Source of the DNA: an uncultured delta proteobacterium
Lineage (GTDB): Bacteria > Myxococcota > Myxococcia > Myxococcales > Myxococcaceae
Assembly (NCBI GenBank): GCA_963796055.1
Contig: CAWCKH010000002.1
Coordinates: 128,001 to 192,000, forward strand
Direction of reading: 5' to 3'
Length of the DNA stretch: 64,000 bases
A program made the translations under genes and the position numbers. The notes beneath the pieces were generated by a model, which was not told the origin of the DNA, did not search any database, and worked only from the letters and a program-made list of their open reading frames with translations. Positions 10,070-20,405 of the stretch are shown here, in pieces (positions within the stretch are counted from its first letter, which is position 1; each line of letters starts with the position of its first letter).

Positions 10070-11062
10070 ATGAAACATCTGGGGAGAACACAGCCCTTCC
10101 GCGGACCGGACGGGCTGCCCGTCGCCGGCAGCATCGCCGAGGTCCGGTACCTCCGGCTCGGCGGAGTCGACCAGTGGGTGATGCTGCGGGGCCAGAACCT
10201 CGCCAATCCTCCACTGATTCTTCTCCACGGCGGACCCGGCATGAGCGAGTCGGGCCTGTTCCGTCGCTTCATTGCACCGCTCGAGAAGAACTTCACCCTC
10301 GTCTACTGGGACCAGCGCGGTGCCGGAAAATCGTTCAGCCGGAGGATTCCTCGCGCCTCGATGCGGGTCGATCAGTTCATCGCCGATCTCGACGAGCTCG
10401 TCGAGCACGTGCGTCGGCGCCTCGGCAAGGACAAGGTGGTGCTCTACGGGCACTCCTGGGGCTCTGCTCTGGGCGTGCTCTACACCGCGCGCTTCCCGAT
10501 GAAGGTCGCGGCCTACGCTGCAAGCGGACAGATCGGCGACTGCTCGGCGGGGGAGTCCGCGTCCTACGCCTTCGCGCTCGCCGAGGCGGAGCGCCTCCAC
10601 GATCGAAGCGCCCTCCGGAAGCTGCGGGCGATCGGTCCGCCGCCCCACACTGTCAGGAGTCTGTTCACCGAGCGGATGCAGGTGACGCGACTCGAACGCC
10701 ACACCGGCGCGACGTCCGCGTGGAGAATGTTTCGAGCCATGCTCGGCCGACCGGAGTCGTCGATCCTGGATTTGCCGAACATCGTGCGCGGCTTTCGCTT
10801 CTCGCTCGAGGCAATGTGGCCCGAGGTTTCCCAGCTGAATCTCCACCAGCTCGTGCCGGCGTTGCAGGTCCCGGTGTTCTTCCTCCTCGGGAGGAAGGAC
10901 CACTGGGTCCCCCCGGAGACGAGCGTGGCCTACTTCGAGGCGCTGAGCGCGCCCTCGAAGAAGCTGGTCTGGCTCGAGCGCTCCGGGCACGAAGTCTTCG
11001 TCGATGAGCCGGATGCGTTCAACGCTGCGATGGTGCAGCTGGTCCGGCCCTCCGGTTCCTGA
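10070..11062 (+). CDS. Alpha/beta hydrolase (proline iminopeptidase-like)
   Basis: LLHGGPG, WDQRGAGKS, GHSWG nucleophile elbow, GRKD and SGH. Confidence 0.93.
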   Translation: MKHLGRTQPFRGPDGLPVAGSIAEVRYLRLGGVDQWVMLRGQNLANPPLILLHGGPGMSESGLFRRFIAPLEKNFTLVYWDQRGAGKSFSRRIPRASMRVDQFIADLDELVEHVRRRLGKDKVVLYGHSWGSALGVLYTARFPMKVAAYAASGQIGDCSAGESASYAFALAEAERLHDRSALRKLRAIGPPPHTVRSLFTERMQVTRLERHTGATSAWRMFRAMLGRPESSILDLPNIVRGFRFSLEAMWPEVSQLNLHQLVPALQVPVFFLLGRKDHWVPPETSVAYFEALSAPSKKLVWLERSGHEVFVDEPDAFNAAMVQLVRPSGS

Positions 11063-11140
11063 CCGACGGCCGCGCCAGCGCCAGGTGACATCCATGCCGC
11101 GCCGTGGCCAGCTGCAGCCCGAAGTCGCCGGGAGGCTGCC

Positions 11141-11578
11141 GTGAAATGGGTCACTCGCCATCGAATCCAGGTCAACCGGGCCGCGACCGCGTGGCTCGTC
11201 AAACGCTTCCTCGACCCCGGCGCGGAGTTCCTCTTCGTCGATCCCGCCGAGGTCGCCGGCGTCCAGGCGCGGGAGGGCGCCATCGGCTTCGACGCGCCGG
11301 GCGCGCGCTACCCGCACCAGGATGCGCAAGGGCGCTGCTCGTTCGAGGCGCTCGTGGACGAGCGATGCCCGGACGATGCGGACCTCAAGGAGCTCGCACG
11401 CATCATCCACGGAGCGGACCTCAAGGACCTCGGCGCAGCCCCCGAGTGTCCGGGCCTGCTCACCATCTCCCGCGGCTTCCCGCTCGTCGCCCGCGACGAC
11501 CACGAGACGATGGAGAAGACCGCGTTCCTCTACGATGCGCTCTATGCCTCGCTGAAGCAGCGCCGCGGCTCCGGGTGA
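11141..11578 (+). CDS. chrB: Chromate resistance ChrB-domain protein
   Basis: KWVTR...NRAATAWLVKRFLDPGAEFLFV, CSFEAL, IIHGAD and LYDALY. No chrA in the window. Confidence 0.85.
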   Translation: MKWVTRHRIQVNRAATAWLVKRFLDPGAEFLFVDPAEVAGVQAREGAIGFDAPGARYPHQDAQGRCSFEALVDERCPDDADLKELARIIHGADLKDLGAAPECPGLLTISRGFPLVARDDHETMEKTAFLYDALYASLKQRRGSG

Positions 11579-11678
11579 GACGCGGTGGCCAACAGGGGGG
11601 CGTATTGCCATCGGGTGTGAGCTTCCGCCGCCCGGATGAAGTTGCTAAGCCCGGCGTTGAGGGGTTGGTGGAGAACGC

Positions 11679-12041
11679 ATGCGCCTGAAGACTCGACTTT
11701 CCCCTCGTTCTGCCATCTTCCTCGGCATCTGCGGACTCGCGGCGTGCGCCGAGCCGCCCGTCCCGACCTCGGCCAGGGCGGCTTCAGCCGAGACACGGCA
11801 CGCTTCCCCCCGGGTCGTTGCGGCCGTTCGAGCCGCCACTACCCGCGCGCCAGGGAAGACCGAGTGGGTTCCCGTCCCCGAGGGCGGACAGCTCCAGCGC
11901 GTCACCCTCGGGGAGGGGTTCCAGCACGTTGCGGTCGGTCGTCTCGAGGCCGACGGGACCGTGTCCGCCGCGTGCGTGGACAGTGCCCCCCAGGCCGAGG
12001 CATTCCTCTCGGGGGGTGCGAACGGTGGGGCCAGCAAGTGA
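11679..12041 (+). CDS. Small lipoprotein coupled to the downstream protease
   Basis: LAAC lipobox; C-terminal VTLGEGFQHVAVGRLEADGTVSAACV; GTGA overlap with the next gene. Confidence 0.7.
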   Translation: MRLKTRLSPRSAIFLGICGLAACAEPPVPTSARAASAETRHASPRVVAAVRAATTRAPGKTEWVPVPEGGQLQRVTLGEGFQHVAVGRLEADGTVSAACVDSAPQAEAFLSGGANGGASK

Positions 12042-13907
12042 GCCCCGTCAGGGTCGTGACATTGTTCGCGCTCCTCGCCAGCGCGGCGGCGCGGGCCAGC
12101 GCCACGCTGGTGGTCAACAATGCCGATCCGGCCGGCGTCGGTTTCAACGATCAGACGCCCGCAGAGCCGGTCGGCGGAAATCCCGCCACGACGATCGGCG
12201 GGCAGCGCCTCGCCGTCTTCCAGGAGGCTGCCCGGATCTGGGGCCAGGTCCTCGACAGCGACGTCACCATCACCATCCTGGCCAACTTCGAGGCCCTCGA
12301 CTGCGATGCCACCTCCGGCGTGCTCGGGCGAGCGTACTCGCCAAATCTGTACTCCAGCGGGACGTCGGGCATCGCCTTCCCCGAGCAGAACACCTGGTAC
12401 GTGGCCGCCGAGACCGAGCGTTTCGCCCATCGGGCGCTGCTCTCGGGAACCGGGACCGACCCCAACAGCTACGACATCGTCGCCAACTTCAACTCCAGCC
12501 TCGGAACATCGGGCTGTCTGGGCGGGGTGGACTGGTACTACGGCTTCGACGGGACGCACGGCCAGAAGATCAATCTTCTGTCCGTCGTGCTCCACGAGTT
12601 CGGACATGGGCTCGGGTTCTCCTCCTTCGTCAACCCCACCACCGGGCAGAACCTCAACGGTCAGACCGACATCTGGTCGCGCTTTCTCTACGACCAAGGA
12701 ACCGGGAAGCACTGGGTCGATCTGGATGACAGCGGCCGCAAGGCATCGGTGACCAGCAACGCGCTCGCCTGGGACGGGCCGACGGTCAAGTCCCTCGTCC
12801 CGACCTCGCTCGAGGCCGCGCTGGTGTTCAGCGTGACCGAGGCGCCCCAGACGCCGAGCGCGGTCAAGGACTACCTGAACCTCGCCGTGGGTCAGTTCGG
12901 GGCGCCCGTGGGGACGACTGCCATCACCGGGCCGGTCCGGGTCGCCTCGCCGGTGCACGCCTGCACCAGCGACGGACCCCTGCAGCCGCTCACCGGAGCC
13001 CTGGCCATCGTCGACCGAGGACCGCAAGGCGCTGCCTGCACCTTCGTGGAGAAGGCAAGGAACGCGCAGGCCGCCGGAGCGGTGGCAGTCCTGATCGCGA
13101 ATTACACCACCGGGCTCCTCCCCCCGGGCGGCAACGCACCCGACGTCACCATTCCGGTCCTCGGCATCACCCAGGAGGACGGGAACACCCTGAAGGGCGC
13201 GGTCGCCGCGGGTCCGGTGACGGGCTCGCTCCGGCGCGATCAGAGCAAGGGCTACGCCGGTGCGGATTCTCGCGGCACGGGCCCTGATGTACGCACCACC
13301 CGAGGTCCAGGTGGGTTCCTCACTCGTGCACTGGGACACCTCCGCTGCTCCCCCTCTTCTGATGGAGCCGGTCATCAGTCCGTCCCTCGCCTCGAGCCTC
13401 GACCTGACCGTTCCCCTGCTCCGGGACGTCGGCTGGTTCCTGGTCGATCTCTCCGTCAGCGGCACCGGCCCGAGCACGCTCGCCTCCGGCGCCAACGGGA
13501 CCTTCAACTTCACCGTGACCAATCCGGGGCCGTCGACCGCCAGCGGAGTGACCCTCTCCGGCGCCGCGACCGGGGTGACCTTCGTCTCCAACAGCGGGGA
13601 CTGCACGACTGCCTTCCCCTGCACCCTGGGCGATCTGCCCCCGAAGACGTCGAGGACCATCGCCTCCACGTATCGGGCGAGCTCCGCCGGCCCGGCATCC
13701 GTCGACGTCACCGTCGCCTCGGCGTCGAACTACAATCCGGCCAACGACAAGGCCAGCCTGGTGGTCAACGCATCGGCCGGAGGCGGCTCCAATGGCTGTA
13801 GCACCACCGGCGGTGCGTCGCCTCTTTCCTGGATGGCCTCATTGGTATTCCTCATCGCTCAGCGGCGCCGGTCGCCTGGTTCCGGCGTGCTGACTTCGAA
13901 GCGCTAG
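12038..13907 (+). CDS. Secreted zinc metalloprotease with PA domain, DUF11-like Ig domain and MYXO-CTERM-like tail; frameshifted near 13268
   Basis: Signal peptide; HEFGHGLG zinc motif; PA domain (IVDRG..CTFVEKARNAQAAGA). Continues in ORF 13260..13907 (ALMYAP..SSLVHWD..LMEP; TVTNPGPSTA). Ends GCS-hydrophobic-RRR. Confidence 0.88.
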
Positions 13908-14800
13908 CACGCCCGGCAGTTCTGGACCTCCACCGTCACATGGCTCAGCCCCGGCACGTCTGCCAGCGCCTGCCGGCAGGCAGCGGCGTCCAGCGGCTGG
14001 TGGGTGACCAGGGCGACGATGGCCGCGTGGTGGCCGGGGCCGATTCTCCACACGTGGAGGTCGCTGATCCGCACATCGCCCGACTCGAGCCGCGATCGAA
14101 TCTGAACGGCCAGTGCGCGATCCGGCGCCACGTCGAGGAGGACCGATCCTGCCCGGCGCATCAGCCCGATGGACCAGCTGGCGATCAGCCCCGCCCCCAC
14201 CAGCCCCATCGCCGGATCGAGCCAGGACCAACCCAGGAAGTGGACGCCGAGGATGGCTCCGATCGCCAGCACCGACGTGGCGGCGTCGGCGAGGACGTGG
14301 ACGTACGCGGAGCGGAGATTGTTGTCGTGGCTCCCCTCCTCCTCGTCCTCGTGGAGCAGCGCCGCGGAAACTAGATTCACCGCCAGTCCCACGCAGGCGA
14401 TGGGCAGGGCCTCGGCGAACGCCAGCGGCACCGGAGCGATGAAGCGGCGGATGCTCTCCGCCGCGACCCCCAGAGCGACGACCCCGAGGAGTACCGCGCT
14501 GGCGAACCCGGCCAGGTCACCGACTTTCCCCGTCCCGAACGCGAAGCGCTCGCTGTCCGCGTGCCGCTTCGAGTAGGCGTAGGCGATGGTGGCGATCCCG
14601 ATCGCCAGCGCGTGGGTCGACATGTGGAACCCGTCGGCGAGCAGGGCCATGCTCCCGGTCAGCAGGCCCCCCACCACCTCGACCACCATCATCCCGAAGG
14701 TGAGCGCGACCACCCACCGGGTCCGCCGGGCGTGCTCGTCGTGCCGCGCGCCCAGGAAGCGGTGCGCGTGCGTCCAGGGTTCGAGACTGTGCTCGTGCAT
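13904..14800 (-). CDS. dmeF: CDF-family Co/Ni efflux transporter (DmeF-like)
   Basis: SMALLADGFHMSTHA, FGTGKVGDLAGF, NLRSAYVHVLADA and DLHVWRIGPGH motifs. Confidence 0.92.
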   Translation of the reverse strand: MHEHSLEPWTHAHRFLGARHDEHARRTRWVVALTFGMMVVEVVGGLLTGSMALLADGFHMSTHALAIGIATIAYAYSKRHADSERFAFGTGKVGDLAGFASAVLLGVVALGVAAESIRRFIAPVPLAFAEALPIACVGLAVNLVSAALLHEDEEEGSHDNNLRSAYVHVLADAATSVLAIGAILGVHFLGWSWLDPAMGLVGAGLIASWSIGLMRRAGSVLLDVAPDRALAVQIRSRLESGDVRISDLHVWRIGPGHHAAIVALVTHQPLDAAACRQALADVPGLSHVTVEVQNCRAC

Positions 14801-15143
14801 CGGAGAACCTCTCACGGAGACGGGAGCGCGGAGCTGTCGCCGGTCAGCGTCTACATTCTCCGCAGCAACCCGCGAATGGAAGGTAGTCTTGGCCTCCGAC
14901 TGACAGAGCAGATCTCTGCGCGTCCTGAGGGCCCGCAAGCAAACAGTCGCCGGAATCCCCGAGGACGCAGCGGAGGTCGCTCCGAACCGGACGACCGATG
15001 GACCCCTCCCGCCCCCGGGCCAGCTCGGTCGCCGCAAGCCGCTGTCCATGGCTCGACCGGGTCGCGCGAGACCGTTTCTCCGCTTCACCACGAGTGAATG
15101 GGAACACTTGACCCAGGCAAGGATATTTGTGACATCAGCAAGC

Positions 15144-16058
15144 ATGTCCAACGTGGCCACCGTCCGGCGCTTCAATCGCTTCTACACCCGGCGGATCGGC
15201 GTCCTCGAGGAGGGACTGCTGCACAGCCCCTTCTCGCTCACCGAGGTCCGGGTCCTGTACGAGCTCGCGCACCGCGAGCAGCCCACCGCAGGCGTCCTGG
15301 CCGAGGAGCTCCGACTGGATCCGGGGTACCTGAGCCGGATCCTGCGCCGCTTCCAGACGCTGGGCCTCCTCCGTCGCGACCGCTCGGGCGACGACGGCCG
15401 GCAGCGCCTGCTGGCGCTGACCACGAAGGGACGGCGGACCTTCGACGCGCTCGACGCACGCCAGAACGGCGAGGTCGCCGCGCTCCTCTCGCCCCTGCCC
15501 TCCGGCGAGCAGCGCCGTCTGGTCGCGGCCCTCTCCACGGTCGAGCAGCTCCTCGGCACCGGCGGCGCTCCGGCCAGGGGACCCTACCTGCTCCGGACCC
15601 ACCGGCCGGGAGATCTCGGCTGGGTCGTCCACCGGCACGGTGCGCTTTACGCCGAGGAGTACGGCTACGACGAGCGTTTCGAGGCGCTGGTGGCGAAGGT
15701 GGTCTCGGACTTCGTCGAGCACTTCGACCAGGCGCGCGAGCGCTGCTGGATCGCGGAGAAGGACGGGGAGATCGTCGGCTCGATCATGCTGGTCAAGAAG
15801 TCGGAAACCGTGGCCAAGCTCCGCCTCCTGTACGTGGAGCCAGGCGCGCGGGGACTGGGGATCGGCGAGCGGCTGGTCACCGAGTGCCTTCGCTTCGCCC
15901 GGCAGGCGCGCTACCGGAAGGTGAGGCTCTACACCCATGGCCAGCTCAGGGCGGCCCGACACATCTACGAGAAGGCCGGCTTCCGTCTGATGGCCGAGGA
16001 GCCCGAACGAGGCTACGGCCCGGAGCTGGTCGCCCAGACCTGGGAGCTGGTTCTCTGA
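15144..16058 (+). CDS. MarR-HTH / GNAT acetyltransferase fusion regulator
   Basis: VRRFNRFYTRRIG and LDPGYLSRIL (MarR); GDLGWVVHRHG and LRLLYVEPGARGLGIG (GNAT). Confidence 0.93.
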   Translation: MSNVATVRRFNRFYTRRIGVLEEGLLHSPFSLTEVRVLYELAHREQPTAGVLAEELRLDPGYLSRILRRFQTLGLLRRDRSGDDGRQRLLALTTKGRRTFDALDARQNGEVAALLSPLPSGEQRRLVAALSTVEQLLGTGGAPARGPYLLRTHRPGDLGWVVHRHGALYAEEYGYDERFEALVAKVVSDFVEHFDQARERCWIAEKDGEIVGSIMLVKKSETVAKLRLLYVEPGARGLGIGERLVTECLRFARQARYRKVRLYTHGQLRAARHIYEKAGFRLMAEEPERGYGPELVAQTWELVL

Positions 16059-16104
16059 CCGGAGCTGAAGTGCCCGTCGCTGACAGGCGCTCTGCCACGC
16101 ACGG

Positions 16105-16252
16105 CGCTGAGCGTTTGCGGCACGGCGGCCGCGACCAGCGTCCACGCCACCACCTGCCGGAAGCGGCGCGGATCGAGCGCGGCATGCAGCCGGTTCCCCA
16201 GCGCGATGCCCCCCACCATCGGTACCAGCGTTCCGAGCCCGACGTTGAGGTC
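16105..16252 (-). pseudogene. 3' remnant of a TauE/SafE-like membrane protein
   Basis: LVPMVGGIALGNRLHAALDPRRFRQVVAWTLVAAAV resembles the TauE C-terminal helices; no 5' part. Confidence 0.55.
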
Positions 16253-16254
16253 CG

Positions 16255-17316
16255 TTACTTCTCGAGCCGCGCCAGGATGGCACCTATCCGCTTCTTATCC
16301 GCCGGATCCTTCGCCAGCGACATGGCCTTGCTGTAGCTCTCGGCCGCGCCCTTCTTGTCGCCGGTCGTCGCCAGCGCCTCTCCCAGGCTGTCGTAGCAGT
16401 TCCAGGATTCGGGGTGGTCCTTGACGTTCTCCCGGAACAGCGCGAGTGCCTCGCTATACTTCTTCTCTGCCAGTCTCTGGTAGCCGAGGTTGTTGATGTC
16501 CGCCTCGGTGGCGAGCTTCATCGCCTGAACCCGGAGCTTGGATGCACCGTCGAGGTCCTTCTTCTTCTCCAGCAGCGCGGCCTTGGTCGTCAGATTTGGA
16601 TAGGCGGCCTGCATCCCGATGGAACGGTCGACCCAGGCGAGCGCCTGGTCCAGGTCGTAGTCGTTTTGCAGACACCACTGCGCGGCCTGGTTCCACGGCT
16701 GCCACGAGAACCGAGCGAGCCCACGGAGCTGGCTCTTGAGGCTGGCCAGGGTGATGGCCTTGGTGTCGACGGTGATCGGGAAGGAGATTTGGAGTCGCTC
16801 CCAGTCGAGGACGACGTCGGCGGAGGTCCCGGTGGGCTTCTCGAAGCGATACTCGAGACTCTCCTCCGCCTCGGCGGGTGCCGGGGTGACGGTGAGCCGG
16901 ACCGCGTCCTCCTTCGGGTCGTAGCTGAAGCTCCCCCAGGCGCTGGACACGGTGCTCAGGATGACCGTCCAGGTGGAAGGAGTGGGAATCATGTGGAGCC
17001 CGTATGCTCCCGCGGGCAGCAGCTTGCCCCCGACCGTGACCGGAGTGGAGAACGTGATGGTCGTGTTCTCGTTTGCGCCCGCCCGCCAGACCTCACCGTA
17101 GGGAACCAGCTCTCCCCAGATCTTGCGCTTGCCGACGGCGGGGCGGTGGTAGTCGACGGTGATGTCGGTGAGCCCCACCCGCTGACTCACCGAGGCGTGC
17201 GGACTCTGGTCGGGCACCGTCAGTCGCGGGGCCTGGGCCAGCGCCGTCGAGGCGAGCAGGAGCACGCCCACCGTCAGGCCAGACCAGAGGTTCATCGTCA
17301 CTCGCATGCGTTGCAT
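16255..17316 (-). CDS. DUF2911 domain protein with C-terminal TPR
   Basis: Signal peptide; SPHASVSQRVGLTDITVDYHRP, LVPYGEVWRAGANE; TPR (WNCYDSLGEA). GGAGAAGG RBS. Confidence 0.9.
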   Translation of the reverse strand: MQRMRVTMNLWSGLTVGVLLLASTALAQAPRLTVPDQSPHASVSQRVGLTDITVDYHRPAVGKRKIWGELVPYGEVWRAGANENTTITFSTPVTVGGKLLPAGAYGLHMIPTPSTWTVILSTVSSAWGSFSYDPKEDAVRLTVTPAPAEAEESLEYRFEKPTGTSADVVLDWERLQISFPITVDTKAITLASLKSQLRGLARFSWQPWNQAAQWCLQNDYDLDQALAWVDRSIGMQAAYPNLTTKAALLEKKKDLDGASKLRVQAMKLATEADINNLGYQRLAEKKYSEALALFRENVKDHPESWNCYDSLGEALATTGDKKGAAESYSKAMSLAKDPADKKRIGAILARLEK

Positions 17317-17564
17317 GATCCTTCTCCCTGTGGGCAATCCGTACGCACCGCTGGGCTTCAGCGGCACCGTCCATGCCTGGTGAGCACCAGGTCGTACGGG
17401 AGAGCGGCCTCGAGCGACCAGCTGACTGCAGCGGGAAGCACGAGGAGTGCAGCGCATTGCCGCACGCGCCGCGACGGAGTGATTCCAGGGCGACTGGCCC
17501 CGCACCCGGCAAGCGGCGCCCGGCCGGGATGGATCTCGCCTTTACCCGTACGCGGGCGCAGGGG

Positions 17565-18068
17565 TCAGAGGCGTACCTGGATCTCGTAGCGGCGGTTCTT
17601 TGCCCGCTTGGACTCGGTGTCGTCGGGCTTGACCAGAGGCCTCTCCGAACCCATTCCCACCGCGACGATTTCCCCCTGCGGCACGCCGCGCGCGACCAGC
17701 TCCTTGACGATCACCGTTGCGCGCTTGCCGGACAGCTCCTTGTTGTGAGCGGCAGCACCGGTGGAATCGGTGTGACCCGAGACCTCGAACTTGTAGTTGG
17801 AGAGCCCTGCCGCATCGAGGCGCTTCTTGGCCTCGACGAGTACGTTGCCGAGGTTCTTCAGCTTCTTGTCGCAGCCGGGGGCCAGCTGGTCGGAATCGGT
17901 CTTGAAGCTGCACTGGTTCTTGCGAGCCTCGGCGAGCAGCTTCTGGTTGACCTCGGCCTCGACCTGTTTCGTGGCGGCGCTCCCGGCGAGCTGCTTCGCC
18001 ATTCCAAACGGGTCCTGAGCCAGCGCCGGCGCCGCACTCACCATCAGCAAGATGATCATTCCACGCAT
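17565..18068 (-). CDS. OmpA-like peptidoglycan-binding periplasmic protein
   Basis: Signal peptide; SGHTDSTG, NKELSGKRA and KNRRYEI. Confidence 0.9.
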   Translation of the reverse strand: MRGMIILLMVSAAPALAQDPFGMAKQLAGSAATKQVEAEVNQKLLAEARKNQCSFKTDSDQLAPGCDKKLKNLGNVLVEAKKRLDAAGLSNYKFEVSGHTDSTGAAAHNKELSGKRATVIVKELVARGVPQGEIVAVGMGSERPLVKPDDTESKRAKNRRYEIQVRL

Positions 18069-18183
18069 GTTCGTGCCTCCGCCGAAAGGCTATCGCACGC
18101 AGGGCAGAGCGCGGCCTTCACGTCCGGAGGACAGGGGACCACATTGATTTAGAGATGCGGGTCTCGTGGGCCGATGTAACCGA

Positions 18184-18510
18184 TCATCGCCAGCGACTCA
18201 CGACCATACCCGCCGTGACCACCCCGACGCCCGCCAGCGCGAGCACGCTCGGACGTTCCGAGAGCAAGGGGATCGCCGCCAGGGTGGTGACGCAGGGAAC
18301 CGCCGCAGCGAAGAGCGCGGTCTCCCCGGCTCCGAGCGCGGCCACCGCGCGGGTGTAGACGAAGATCGAGACCGCTCCGATCAGCACGCCCTGCACCACG
18401 GCCTGCAGCAGCAGCTCCCTGATCTCGACGTGGAGGAGCGCCTTGCCTGGCCACAGCGCATAGGCCGGAAGGAAGACGGCCCCGGAGAGCACAGCGACGA
18501 TCGCCGCCCC
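18184..18510 (-). pseudogene. 3' remnant of an EamA/DMT transporter
   Basis: QAVVQGVL...YTRAVAALGAG...AIPLLSERPS. Only the second EamA half is present. Confidence 0.75.
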
Positions 18511-18517
18511 GACACAG

Positions 18518-18610
18518 GACGGGAAGACGCTGCTGGTTCACCGGGTGATGCGCAGCGGCAAGCTCGCCGCGCCGGTGGACTTCACCCTCATCTACCACCG
18601 GCGGGGCTGA
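18518..18610 (+). pseudogene. 3' remnant of an unknown beta-rich protein
   Basis: DGKTLLVHRVMRSGKLAAPVDFTLIYHRRG-stop with coding-like codon use; abuts the EamA remnant back to back. Confidence 0.35.
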
Positions 18611-18619
18611 CCGAAGCGT

Positions 18620-19243
18620 TCACCGCTTCGCCGGGGCGGCTGCCGGGTTCGGAGTCGGAGGTGCCACCCGCCGGAGCGTGTTCCGGTCGACATGGTGGAA
18701 GGGCTCTCCCCGGCCGGCGACCTGGAGCAGCGTGTCCTGCTCGTAGCGGAGCGAGTCCCCGTCCAGGAACATGGTCAGCTCGTACTCCAGGGTAAGGAAA
18801 TTCCTGGTCAGGAAGTCGGAGGAGACGATGCCGGCGCTCGTCGACCCCAGGGTCGCCTTCACCGAGAAGGTCCGGGCGTCCGGCTCGGCCGTTCCTCTCG
18901 CCATGGCCACCTGCCCGCGCGGGATCGCCAGCGTCTGGAGGAGAGTCCGCGTCGCGGGCTCCCACAGCCAGTACCCCACCTGGTCATGGAAGGTCAGCCG
19001 CTCGCCCGCCCGAACGATGTGCACGTGGTAGCGCAGGCCGTACAGCAGCTGGGGACCGTTGGTCTGAGGGTCAATCGCCTCGAAGACCATCATCTCCCGG
19101 TAGGTCTGGGTGCTCGCCCCTTCGGCCACCGGATGCCGGTCGCTCCCCTCGCCCTGCCAGACTCCCGCCAGCGGCGTCAGCGGGCCGAGGTTCCGCAGCG
19201 TGTTCACATCGAAGTCTGCAGGTTCGGTGAAGATGTCGGTCAT
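18620..19243 (-). CDS. Nitrobindin/FABP-like heme-binding beta-barrel protein (DUF1794)
   Basis: LGPLTPLAGVWQG, PQTNGPQLLYGLRY, FHDQVGYWLWEP and FHHVDRNTL. Confidence 0.88.
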   Translation of the reverse strand: MTDIFTEPADFDVNTLRNLGPLTPLAGVWQGEGSDRHPVAEGASTQTYREMMVFEAIDPQTNGPQLLYGLRYHVHIVRAGERLTFHDQVGYWLWEPATRTLLQTLAIPRGQVAMARGTAEPDARTFSVKATLGSTSAGIVSSDFLTRNFLTLEYELTMFLDGDSLRYEQDTLLQVAGRGEPFHHVDRNTLRRVAPPTPNPAAAPAKR

Positions 19244-19296
19244 GGGAGTCTCCGTGCCGGGATCGCGATCGTACCTCCGCAGGGCGGCCGGCTGTT

Positions 19297-20205
19297 TCAG
19301 ACGAGAACCGGCGTCCCCTCCGGAAGGCAAAGATCGAGCGCCCCGGGCAGGACCTCGAAACGGAGCTTCTTCCCGGAGATCGGTTCCCCATCGAGGTTGA
19401 CCTGGATCGGTTCCGATGACTCCAGCTCCAGCAAGGAGAGACGTGCGGTCACCGCATGGCGCCACAGTGCCACCGCCCCCTCGCGGAGGAACTCGCGCAG
19501 GGCGGCCGGGCGCTCGGCGCGAGGGAGGTTCGGCAGGATGCTGACGTCGAAGAGACCGTCGTTCAGGACCGCGTCGGGGCAGAGGAGGTGACCGCCCCCG
19601 GCCTGCCGACCGTTTCCCACCGCGAGCACCAGTACCTCACCGGCCCAGGCGAAGTTCGGGCCCTGGAAGCGCACCTCCACCGGCCTGAGCTCGGCGAGGT
19701 GCGCCAGGCCGGTGATCAGATAGGCCGCGCCCTTCAGCAACTTCTTCAGCTCGGGCCGGGTCTCCACCGTGATCTCCGTCCCGAAGCCGCCCGTGGCGAC
19801 GTTGACGAACGCCCGTCCCTCGACGCGCCCCACGTCGATGCGCCGAGGCTCGACGGTGGTCGCCAGGCGGAGGGCGCCCGCCGGGTCGAGCGGGATGCGA
19901 CAGGCGTGCGCGAAATCGTTCGCCGTCCCCAGCGGCACCACGGCCAGGACCGGCCCGGTGCTCCCTCCGCCTCTCGCGGAGAGCAGCCCGGTGGCGACCT
20001 CGTTGATCGTCCCGTCGCCGCCACCGGCAGCGACGCGCGGGATGCCCAGGCGGCTCGCCTCCTCGGCCAACCGGGTTGCGTCCCCCGCCTCCCAGGTCAC
20101 CCGGACGTCGACGCGATGACCGGAAGCCCGCTCCGCCCGCACCGCAGCGCGGACCTCCTGGTTCTGGGCCTGCTTCCCATGGAGCACGATGCGCACGGTG
20201 GACAT
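19297..20205 (-). CDS. yegS: YegS lipid kinase
   Basis: VRVTWEAGDA, GGGDGTINEV, PLGTANDFA, GNGRQAGGG and NLDGEP. Confidence 0.93.
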   Translation of the reverse strand: MSTVRIVLHGKQAQNQEVRAAVRAERASGHRVDVRVTWEAGDATRLAEEASRLGIPRVAAGGGDGTINEVATGLLSARGGGSTGPVLAVVPLGTANDFAHACRIPLDPAGALRLATTVEPRRIDVGRVEGRAFVNVATGGFGTEITVETRPELKKLLKGAAYLITGLAHLAELRPVEVRFQGPNFAWAGEVLVLAVGNGRQAGGGHLLCPDAVLNDGLFDVSILPNLPRAERPAALREFLREGAVALWRHAVTARLSLLELESSEPIQVNLDGEPISGKKLRFEVLPGALDLCLPEGTPVLV

Positions 20206-20405
20206 GTCCGGATGGTACGACCCGTCGTCGGCGCGTGCTGCAAGGACACTCTCCTGCACTTTGGTGCACTCGACCTGTAGCTCCAGGCGACTGGACGGTG
20301 AGCGGCCAACCGTCCTATGCCGGGAGCGACGGGGGGCCTCGTCACCGGGAAGCGCTCAGGGAACGGAAGCGTCAACCGCGCCTGCCCTCCGCCGGAGGCA
20401 CGTCC

